Below, piece by piece: positions 25,279 to 32,000 of a DNA stretch of 32,000 nt. Below the pieces are notes generated by a model. The model was not told the origin of the DNA and did no database searches. It was given only the letters and a program-made list of their open reading frames with translations. The stretch lies in the NCBI RefSeq assembly GCF_021209385.1, contig NZ_JAJOIL010000032.1, forward strand, positions 6,340 to 38,339, written 5' to 3'. Position 1 is the stretch's first letter. Each line of letters starts with the position of its first letter. The position numbers were made by a program, and so were the translations under genes. The DNA comes from Seleniivibrio sp. (GTDB lineage: Bacteria > Chrysiogenota > Deferribacteres > Deferribacterales > Geovibrionaceae).

Positions 25279-27267
25279 ATGAGAAAAAACACAAAAACTC
25301 AGTTATGTAAGCCCATCGTTCTGTCGAGCTGCGATCCGCTGGTATGGGATCAGGTGCGTCAGGCAAAACAGATAATGATAGAGACCGGATATCTGCCTTC
25401 ATACGCGGATTTCATTCCGGAAGAGATAGTTTTCATGTGGGAACGCTCCATAAGATACGGCATCGTCTGGGACGGTCAGGTGAACGTGCCGCATCTCACC
25501 GAGGCTCAGTTCGATGCGGTGAGGGAGCGCAAAAAACTCTTCATAGATATAGCAAAAGAGTTTATAGGGGAATTTCAGGGGATTTTGGAAGATACTGAAT
25601 TCACCATGTCCATCACAGATGAGAACGGGGTTATCCTCACAAAAACGAACAATTCAGACAGAATATGGCACAACGAAATGAGCATAGACGTAGGAGACGT
25701 GTGGAACGAGCAGTATGTGGGTTGTACGGCGCACACACTCGCCCTTGCATATAACAGACCCGTACAGATAATCGGTCCCGTCAATTTCTTCAAGGTGCTT
25801 GAAAACAACATCAGCTCCGCCGCGCCGATATTCAACGAATACGGCGACACCATAGGCACAATAAGGCTTGTGCAGAAAAACGCTGACGTTTCAAGGCTGA
25901 TGACACACACTCTGGGCTGGGTTACGTCTGTCGCCACGGCGATTTCAGGACACCTTAAGCTTTCCAGACGCGATAAAAGACTGAAACTGATGAACTCCAC
26001 CCTTAACGCCACATTCGCACACACCGAAGACGGATACCTTTCCATAGACGAATCGGGCTATGTCATCCATATGAACAAAGAAGCCTCAAAACTGCTGAAC
26101 CTCGGTAATGAAAAGATAAAATCAAGTTTTTTCAATATACTGACAGATTCAACACTTGTTAAGGATTCTCTGAAAAGCGGCAGAGCAATGCTTAATCAGT
26201 ACCTTTCAGTCGATACAGGCGAGGTTATCACCTTCACCGCAGATATTGAACCTTTCTTCGGAGAGAGAAAAAAACACGCGCAGGGCGCTGTTATCCGAAT
26301 AAAAAGAAAATCCGATCTGATAAAGGCAAAAAAAGATTTCAGCACGGCAAACATCACATTCAACAGGATAATCGGAAAATGCTCAGCAATGGAAACTCTT
26401 AAAGAGACAGCGAAGCTTATAGCCAAAAAGCCTATAAACGTTCTTCTGCTGGGCGAAAGCGGCACGGGCAAAGAGGTCTTCGCGCAGGCGATACACAACC
26501 ATTACAACCAGACAGGTCCTTTCATAGCCATAAACTGTGCGTCAATCCCTGCAAACCTTATAGAAAGCGAGCTTTTCGGGTACGAGGCAGGTGCTTTTAC
26601 AGGGGCGGAAAAACAGGGCAGGAAGGGAAAGATAGAGTATGCCGACGGCGGTACGCTGTTTCTGGACGAGATAGGCGACATGCCGATGGAATTGCAGCCC
26701 GTACTTCTGCGTGTGCTGGAAGAGAAACGGGTCACGCGTATCGGCGGGTATAAGAGTATTCCTGTCGATTTCAGAGTGATAGCCGCCACCAACAAGCCCA
26801 TGTGCGGAAAACTGGCAGAGAACAATTTCAGACAGGATCTTTATTTCAGACTGTCGGTCGTTAATCTAGAGATTCCGCCGCTGCGGCAGAGAGGAGAGGA
26901 TATCCTTCTGCTGGCGGATAACTTCATCAAGAACATATGCAGTAATTTCAATATCCCCGCCTGCACGCTTTCCGCAGAGGCGGAGAAACTGCTTCTGGAA
27001 TTTAACTGGCCGGGCAACGTGCGCCAGCTTCAAAACGCAATGACATACGCGGTGACAGTTGCGTCTTCACGGACTATATACCCCTGCGACCTGCCGAAAG
27101 ACATCACGGAGAACGATGTCGCTGTCTCCGCCACAAAACTTGACGACATAAAGAATATTGAAAAACAGGTTATACTCAGAACTATCAAAGATATGGGCAA
27201 CGCAACCGATGCCGCAAAATACCTCGGAATCAGCAGAGCCACCCTTTACCGGAAGGTGAAGGAATAG
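25279..27267 (+). CDS. Sigma-54-dependent transcriptional activator, AcoR-like (GAF-type sensory domain + PAS + AAA+ + Fis HTH)
   Basis: AAGAGG RBS. N-terminal AcoR-type segment GDVWNEQYVGCTAHTLAL...SSAAPIFNEYGDTIGTIRL. Walker A GESGTGKE, then ESELFGYEAGAFTGA (the GAFTGA loop) and the C-terminal HTH AAKYLGISRATLYRKV. Confidence 0.9.
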   Translation: MRKNTKTQLCKPIVLSSCDPLVWDQVRQAKQIMIETGYLPSYADFIPEEIVFMWERSIRYGIVWDGQVNVPHLTEAQFDAVRERKKLFIDIAKEFIGEFQGILEDTEFTMSITDENGVILTKTNNSDRIWHNEMSIDVGDVWNEQYVGCTAHTLALAYNRPVQIIGPVNFFKVLENNISSAAPIFNEYGDTIGTIRLVQKNADVSRLMTHTLGWVTSVATAISGHLKLSRRDKRLKLMNSTLNATFAHTEDGYLSIDESGYVIHMNKEASKLLNLGNEKIKSSFFNILTDSTLVKDSLKSGRAMLNQYLSVDTGEVITFTADIEPFFGERKKHAQGAVIRIKRKSDLIKAKKDFSTANITFNRIIGKCSAMETLKETAKLIAKKPINVLLLGESGTGKEVFAQAIHNHYNQTGPFIAINCASIPANLIESELFGYEAGAFTGAEKQGRKGKIEYADGGTLFLDEIGDMPMELQPVLLRVLEEKRVTRIGGYKSIPVDFRVIAATNKPMCGKLAENNFRQDLYFRLSVVNLEIPPLRQRGEDILLLADNFIKNICSNFNIPACTLSAEAEKLLLEFNWPGNVRQLQNAMTYAVTVASSRTIYPCDLPKDITENDVAVSATKLDDIKNIEKQVILRTIKDMGNATDAAKYLGISRATLYRKVKE

Positions 27268-27276
27268 AGTTAAAGT

Positions 27277-27306
27277 AAGGCGGGGGTCACGGAAAACCCC
27301 CGCCTT
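27277..27306. terminator. Bidirectional terminator between the activator gene and livF
   Basis: AAGGCGGGGGT (27277-27287) pairs with ACCCCCGCCTT (27296-27306) around an 8-nt loop. Confidence 0.7.
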
Positions 27307-27315
27307 TGTGAAGCG

Positions 27316-28029
27316 TTACATTCCCAGATAAGCTTCTTTGATGTGCGGATCTTTAAGAAGGTCCTGTGCGGTACCCTCAATAACAATCTGTCCCTGCTCC
27401 ATGACATATGCCCTGTCGCTGATGGCGAGAGAGTTCATAACGTCCTGTTCAACAAGAACGATCGTTGTTCCATATTCAACTGCAATGCGTTTCACCGCCG
27501 CAAAGATATCTTTTTTAAGCACCGGAGCAAGTCCCAGTGAAGGTTCGTCGAACATCATAACTTTCGGGCTGGACATCATGCCACGTCCTATTGCCACCAT
27601 TTGCTGTTCACCGCCGGAAAGAGTTCCAGCAAGCTGTTTCTCCCGCTCTTTCAGTCTGGGGAAAAGCTCGTGAACGTCCTGTATGTTCTTTTTGAAATCC
27701 TTCTGCGCACGTCTGCTGAAAGCGCCCATCTCAAGGTTCTCGAAAACGGTCATAAGGCTGAAAAGCCTTCTGCCTTCGGGAACATGGATAAGTCCTCTTT
27801 CAACTATCTCATCGGCGGGAAGTTTAGTGATGTTCTCGTCGTTAAATGTTATTGTGCCTGAAGTCGCCGGAATGAGACCGGACAGCGCTTTCAGAAGGCT
27901 GGATTTGCCCGCTCCGTTCGCACCGATAATGCTCACAATCTCACCCGCCTCCACACGCATGGAAACATCGAACAGAACGCCTATCTCGCCGTATCCGGCG
28001 CAAAGATTCTCAATGGCTATTAGCGACAT
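27316..28029 (-). CDS. livF: Branched-chain amino acid ABC transporter ATP-binding protein (LivF type)
   Basis: Walker A GANGAGKSS, signature LSGGEQQ, Walker B MMFDEPS, and the LivF-typical end KEAYLG. The ATG at 28029 is 6 nt after GGGGGA; alternatives are 28035 and 28071. Confidence 0.9.
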   Translation of the reverse strand: MSLIAIENLCAGYGEIGVLFDVSMRVEAGEIVSIIGANGAGKSSLLKALSGLIPATSGTITFNDENITKLPADEIVERGLIHVPEGRRLFSLMTVFENLEMGAFSRRAQKDFKKNIQDVHELFPRLKEREKQLAGTLSGGEQQMVAIGRGMMSSPKVMMFDEPSLGLAPVLKKDIFAAVKRIAVEYGTTIVLVEQDVMNSLAISDRAYVMEQGQIVIEGTAQDLLKDPHIKEAYLGM

Positions 28030-28741
28030 ATTCATCCCCCAGATAGGCTTTGATAACCTCTTCGTCAGCAACCACCTTGTGAGGGTCGCCCTCGGCTATC
28101 TTTTTACCGAAATTGATAACATATACTTTCTCAGACAGGTTCATAATAGCCTGCATGATGTGTTCAACGATAATTATGGAAACTCCCACAGAGTTTATCT
28201 TACGGATAACGGGGAGCATCTCTGCAACCTCGGAAGGACGCAGACCCGCCATAACCTCATCCAGAAGCAGAAGTTTCGGTTCGGTTGCAAGCGCCCTTGC
28301 AAGCTCCAGCCTTTTGCGCTCCGGCAATGTAAGGTTTTTTGCAAGGATATCCTTTTTATCATAAAGGTCTATTAGCTTCAGAACCTCCATCGCTTTCTCT
28401 TCCGCAACGTCCAGCCTGTTCGTTTTTGCAAACGCACCCACTGTGGTGTTGTAAAGAACAGTTTTGTTTGCGAATGGTTTAACCACCTGAAAGGTTCTGG
28501 TTACGCCCAGTTTACATATATCATAAGGCTTTTTGCCCGCAATCTCTGTTCCGTTGAATTTTATGCTCCCTTTGGTGGGAACGTGGGAACCGGCTATACA
28601 GCTGAACAGGGTGGTTTTTCCGGCTCCGTTGGGACCGATGATGCCCACTATCTGTCCTTCCTGCACTTCCATGTCCACGCTATTCACCGCCGTAAGACCG
28701 CCGAACTGTTTTGTTACGCCTTTAACTTCCAAAAGTGCCAT
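28010..28741 (-). CDS. livG: Branched-chain amino acid ABC transporter ATP-binding protein (LivG type)
   Basis: MALLEVKGVTKQFGGLTAV, Walker A GPNGAGKTT, a signature-like LPERKRLELARAL, and Walker B LLLDEVMAG. Confidence 0.9.
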   Translation of the reverse strand: MALLEVKGVTKQFGGLTAVNSVDMEVQEGQIVGIIGPNGAGKTTLFSCIAGSHVPTKGSIKFNGTEIAGKKPYDICKLGVTRTFQVVKPFANKTVLYNTTVGAFAKTNRLDVAEEKAMEVLKLIDLYDKKDILAKNLTLPERKRLELARALATEPKLLLLDEVMAGLRPSEVAEMLPVIRKINSVGVSIIIVEHIMQAIMNLSEKVYVINFGKKIAEGDPHKVVADEEVIKAYLGDEYVANSH

Positions 28742-28743
28742 GT

Positions 28744-29763
28744 TTACGCCCTCCTCCTTTTCTCGATGCGGTCAAAAAGAATGTTCAGCCATCTTGAAAC
28801 AGGCTCAACGAGACCGCGGGGCTGATAACGCATAACGATTATGAGTACCAGACCGAAAATGATAAGGTGCAGACCCGGAAGGGTATCGCCGAGATATATT
28901 CTCGTAAGCTCGCCCACGGGGCGCAGAAGGAAAGCACCCAGAACGGGACCCATAATGGTGCTTCTGCCGCCGATAAGTGCTATGAAGGCTATCTCATAGG
29001 ACATATCCAGTCCCATGATAGACTTCGGATAGAAATACAGCACAAGCTGGGCATAGAAAGTACCGCCCAAAGCTGTCAGGAAGCAGCTTATCGCCATTGC
29101 TATAAGTTTATATTTCGAGACTTTGATACCAAGCGCTTCCGCCGCTTCCGGCTCTTCGCCGCCTGCCGCGAGGTAGTAGCCCACCTTTGAGCGCATCATG
29201 AAGAAGGTAAGTATCAGAACCAGCACAAGCATGGTCAGAATTATGTAGTAATAAGGAACTTTGCTGAGGAACTGGAAATCCTTGAAAGAGTTGCCCACTA
29301 GGTTGATAAGAAGTCCTTTGGGACCTCTGACCTCGAAGGGGCCGAGTTTTTCGACGTTCTCAACAAGAACTCTCAAACCCTCTGCGAACGCTATCGTCGC
29401 CAGTGCGAAATATGCTCCGCGCAGTTTCAGCGTGGGCAGACCGATGAGAAGCCCGAACGCCGCCGCTACGATACCGCCTGCGATCATACCTATCCAGGGG
29501 CTGATGTTATATGTGAGATACAACAGTGTTGATGTGTATGCGCCGAGACCCACAAACGCGGAGTGACCCAGAGGCAGAACTCCGGCGAAACCGCCCACGA
29601 AGTTCCATGATGATGTCAGATATGCATACAGAAAGATGAGTATGAATATCTGGAGCATAACGGGACTTGTGATAAAGATCGGCAGTGCGTAGAGTACCGC
29701 CAGAACAAGCGCCGCGAATACTTTATGTGTTGTTTGTACATTGCTTAGAAATTTCATCTGCAT
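28744..29763 (-). CDS. livM: Branched-chain amino acid ABC transporter permease (LivM type)
   Basis: Polytopic protein with GHSAFVGLGAYTS and YYLAAGGEEPEAAEALGI motifs. It lies 2 nt upstream of livG. The alternative ATG at 29757 has better RBS spacing. Confidence 0.9.
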   Translation of the reverse strand: MQMKFLSNVQTTHKVFAALVLAVLYALPIFITSPVMLQIFILIFLYAYLTSSWNFVGGFAGVLPLGHSAFVGLGAYTSTLLYLTYNISPWIGMIAGGIVAAAFGLLIGLPTLKLRGAYFALATIAFAEGLRVLVENVEKLGPFEVRGPKGLLINLVGNSFKDFQFLSKVPYYYIILTMLVLVLILTFFMMRSKVGYYLAAGGEEPEAAEALGIKVSKYKLIAMAISCFLTALGGTFYAQLVLYFYPKSIMGLDMSYEIAFIALIGGRSTIMGPVLGAFLLRPVGELTRIYLGDTLPGLHLIIFGLVLIIVMRYQPRGLVEPVSRWLNILFDRIEKRRRA

Positions 29764-29769
29764 CCCCCG

Positions 29770-30654
29770 TCAATAATCCTGTCTCAGACCGAAAAGTCCG
29801 GACGGTTTAACAAACAGAACAACAAGGAAGAACGCATAGATGAGCATTTCAGTCCATGTCGCCGCCATAAACTGTGCTCCCACAGTTTCTATGATGCCGA
29901 TGATTATGCCGCCGAGAATCGCGCCCGGAACACTGCCAAGTCCTCCGAGAACAACTATGACGAACGCCTTAATATCGAAAGGAACGCCCACCGTCGGGTA
30001 GACGTAGTAAAAAGGAACCAGAACGCACGCCGCAACGCCGCAGCAGGCGCAGCCCATGCCGAATACAATGTTGTAAATGCGGCTCTGTTTGATGCCCATA
30101 AGGGTCGCCGCCTCTCTGTCAAGGCTGGTTGCGCGAACCGCCTTACCCATGCGGGAATGTTTCAGAAACCAGTAAAGATAAATACCCAGAAGCAGTGTGA
30201 TGCCGGCACCGATCATCTTTGCCAGCGGGAAATACATCTCTGCAACTTCAACCATTTTTCCTGTTACGGACGTCTGGGCAACACGGAATTCCGCACCGAA
30301 AACAAGCAGGGCGAGGTTGTCCAGAACATACCAGATGCCCGTTGTGACTATGATGACAGTGATAGGCTCTCTGACATGCTTTTCAGCCTCAAAAATGGGT
30401 TTAATGATGATTTTCTGCATATAATAGCCGAAGAAATAGAGCAGAGGAACCACAACAACAAGCGCCAGATAGGGGTTAAACCCTGTCAGCGTAATAAACC
30501 AGTATGCAGCGAACATCCCCACCATGAGGATTGAGCCGTGAGCAAAGTTTACCACCTTCATCACCCCGAATATCAGGGTAAGCCCCACCGCAGTGAGTCC
30601 GTAAATCGAACCCATGAGTATGCCGTTGATGACGGATTCTATATAGCCGATCAT
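29770..30654 (-). CDS. livH: Branched-chain amino acid ABC transporter permease (LivH type)
   Basis: GLTLIFGVMKVVNFAHGS and AVRATSLDREAATLMGI are classic LivH motifs. Confidence 0.9.
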   Translation of the reverse strand: MIGYIESVINGILMGSIYGLTAVGLTLIFGVMKVVNFAHGSILMVGMFAAYWFITLTGFNPYLALVVVVPLLYFFGYYMQKIIIKPIFEAEKHVREPITVIIVTTGIWYVLDNLALLVFGAEFRVAQTSVTGKMVEVAEMYFPLAKMIGAGITLLLGIYLYWFLKHSRMGKAVRATSLDREAATLMGIKQSRIYNIVFGMGCACCGVAACVLVPFYYVYPTVGVPFDIKAFVIVVLGGLGSVPGAILGGIIIGIIETVGAQFMAATWTEMLIYAFFLVVLFVKPSGLFGLRQDY

Positions 30655-30677
30655 AATAATAACTCCATTTTAAAGAG

Positions 30678-30761
30678 GGTCGGAAGCCGAAACTTCCGAC
30701 CTGCTTCTTTCAAAATATCTGCTTTATCTCCCCCTTGGAAAAAGGGGGATTAAGGGGGATT
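30678..30761 (-). other. Structured intercistronic region between the binding-protein gene and livH
   Basis: A 9-bp hairpin spans 30678-30701 (GGTCGGAAG / CTTCCGACC). A 7-bp hairpin spans 30730-30748 (CCCCCTT / AAGGGGG). The direct repeat AAGGGGGATT occurs twice, at 30742-30751 and 30752-30761. Confidence 0.4.
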
Positions 30762-30821
30762 TTAATTAAGTAAATCAAATCCACCCCTGCCCTCCTTTTA
30801 TAAAGTAGGGAGTAAATTCAA

Positions 30822-32000
30822 TTATTTACCCGGTTGGGGAAATACTACTTTGTATCCTGCCCTTCTAACATTTTTAGGCCATACGGTAATTCTTTCCATC
30901 TTGCCGTCTTTGCCGCTTCTTACCTGAACGATAACAAGGCTTGCGTTCTTGTTTTGTCCTGTCTGGTCAAACTGGATACAGTCGTATGCCAGAAGACCCG
31001 TTTTGCCGCCGCAAAGTTTTGTGGAGGCAAGAGCCGCCTGAAGAGCTTTGGGATTTGTTGATTTTGCTCTTTCAAGAACGTCTTTAAGAAGGTACATAGA
31101 TGCGTATGCGTCAACAGCTTCACCTGTGAGGTTATAGCCGTAGAGTTTTTTGAACTTCGCGTTTGTTTCTTTCAGACCGGGTCTGTTGAGGTCTGTTTCC
31201 CACTCAACGATGTCGAAAAGGTACTCAGCACTTTTGCCAACAGCCGCAAGGTATGAGGGGTCTGCGTGTCCGCCGCCGGATGTGACGATGGCTTTAACGT
31301 TGACCTTAAGGTCGTTCATTGTTTTTGTAAGAAGGATCGCGTCAGCCGCGTTTGATGTCATAAAGACAACGTCGGGGTTGGAGCGTTTCAGCTTCAGAAC
31401 AACGGGTGTAAGGTCGCTTGCAGTGCTGGGATAGGGTTCGTCGAGAACAACTTTATATCCGGCAGCTTTTGCAAGTTCGCGCCATTTTTCAGCGAATCCT
31501 GTTCCCCAGTCGCCGTTTTCGTAAACGAATGCAACTGTTTTAACTTTCACACCGAATTCTTTCTGCATGTCTGCAAGGAAACGAAACTGGTCGCGTGTCC
31601 ACCATGAGTCTTTGGCGGCGATGCGGAAAACGTTTTTGAATCCTCTCTCTGTTATGGTGTCGCGGACAGATACGGGGACAACGAAGGGAACGCCGTATCT
31701 TTCAGCGACCTGTGTTGAGGGATAGGTTACGGATGAGTTCCATGCACCTGTGACCATGCTCACTTTTTCAGTGCTGATGAAACGCTCTGTCTCTGTTACA
31801 CCTGTGGTGGGGTCGCCTTTGCTGTCTGCAAAGAGAAGTTTGATCTTGGCTCCGCCGAGAGATTTGATACCGCCGGCTTTGTTGATTTCATCAACAGCCA
31901 TCTCTCTCGCCTGTTTGCCCTGAATACCAACGGATGCCGAAGGTCCGGACAGGGGAAGAATGTTACCGATCTTTACAACTTTTTCCGCAGCGTAAGCAGA
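30822..32000 (-). CDS. Branched-chain amino acid ABC transporter periplasmic substrate-binding protein (LivJ/K-like, Peripla_BP_6); 5' end outside window
   Basis: The frame stays open to the window edge and reads ...SAYAAEKVVKIGNILPLSGPSASVGIQGKQAREMAVDEINKAGGI, which is a signal-peptide end followed by the family N-terminal motif. Confidence 0.9.
   Translation of the reverse strand, partial: SAYAAEKVVKIGNILPLSGPSASVGIQGKQAREMAVDEINKAGGIKSLGGAKIKLLFADSKGDPTTGVTETERFISTEKVSMVTGAWNSSVTYPSTQVAERYGVPFVVPVSVRDTITERGFKNVFRIAAKDSWWTRDQFRFLADMQKEFGVKVKTVAFVYENGDWGTGFAEKWRELAKAAGYKVVLDEPYPSTASDLTPVVLKLKRSNPDVVFMTSNAADAILLTKTMNDLKVNVKAIVTSGGGHADPSYLAAVGKSAEYLFDIVEWETDLNRPGLKETNAKFKKLYGYNLTGEAVDAYASMYLLKDVLERAKSTNPKALQAALASTKLCGGKTGLLAYDCIQFDQTGQNKNASLVIVQVRSGKDGKMERITVWPKNVRRAGYKVVFPQPGK

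Noticed and set aside
25184-25402. A 72-aa minus-strand ORF spanning the sigma-54 regulatory region and the 5' end of the activator gene.
   Set aside because: It has no RBS and overlaps the well-supported activator start. Its sequence lies across the presumed upstream activator site.
27683-28375. Long antisense ORFs. Examples: 27683-28375 (230 aa), 20487-20996, 14360-14908, 24120-24650, 2064-2507, 25575-26045, 13893-14312, 8694-9089, 9165-9632, 7780-8151.
   Set aside because: All lie entirely opposite strongly supported genes with recognisable motifs. Their translations are low-complexity or Ser/Arg/Cys-rich with no motifs and no RBS. These are typical shadow ORFs.
1-32000. A search for CRISPR arrays, tRNA/rRNA genes, transposases, integrases, toxin-antitoxin pairs, or defence-system hallmarks such as large ATPase/nuclease/methylase ORFs of unknown context.
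   Set aside because: None found. Every ORF over 140 aa that is not a shadow ORF is accounted for by respiratory, regulatory, transport or envelope functions. No spaced direct repeats or cloverleaf-like sequences were noticed by eye; a tRNAscan/Infernal run would be needed for certainty.

Overview
This is a gene-dense bacterial chromosomal window, mid-40s % GC by eye, from a Gram-negative anaerobic respirer. I cannot assign a taxon from sequence alone. All family calls come from motif recognition in the translated ORFs; no database search was possible.

Left to right:
(1) The 3' end of a fumarate-reductase-type flavoprotein, followed by an MFS transporter.
(2) A DcuS/DcuR (CitA/CitB)-type two-component system.
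(3) A tripartite-tricarboxylate-transporter-like set: a TctB-like protein, an unrecognisable 380-aa polytopic protein, and a convergent TctC.
(4) A minus-strand periplasmic respiratory module: Sec-exported FAD flavoprotein, MetA/phenol-type outer-membrane (OM) barrel, heptahaem cytochrome c, OprD-type porin.
(5) A soluble multi-PAS HisKA_3 kinase with a 4-Cys motif, plus a NarL-type regulator.
(6) A second, paralogous MFS transporter.
(7) A beta-propeller lipoprotein.
(8) A long minus-strand operon behind a near-consensus sigma-54 promoter. In order: unknown 189-aa protein, Tat-exported Cys-ligand molybdopterin subunit (frame-broken), 4-cluster FeS subunit, TorD-like chaperone, DmsC-like anchor, NapG-like and NapH-like proteins, second OprD-type porin.
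(9) A divergent AcoR-like sigma-54 activator.
(10) livFGMH plus a substrate-binding protein; this part is ordinary.

I saw no rRNA, tRNA, CRISPR array, transposase or integrase.

The most interesting items are:
- the sigma-54/AcoR-controlled molybdoenzyme operon, which carries two different membrane quinol-dehydrogenase modules and a porin, and whose catalytic gene is frameshifted;
- the flavoprotein/heptahaem cytochrome module with two dedicated OM channels;
- the MFS genes repeatedly paired with Sec-exported flavoproteins;
- the NreB-like 4-Cys PAS kinase;
- the TctC/TctB pair that lacks a recognisable TctA.
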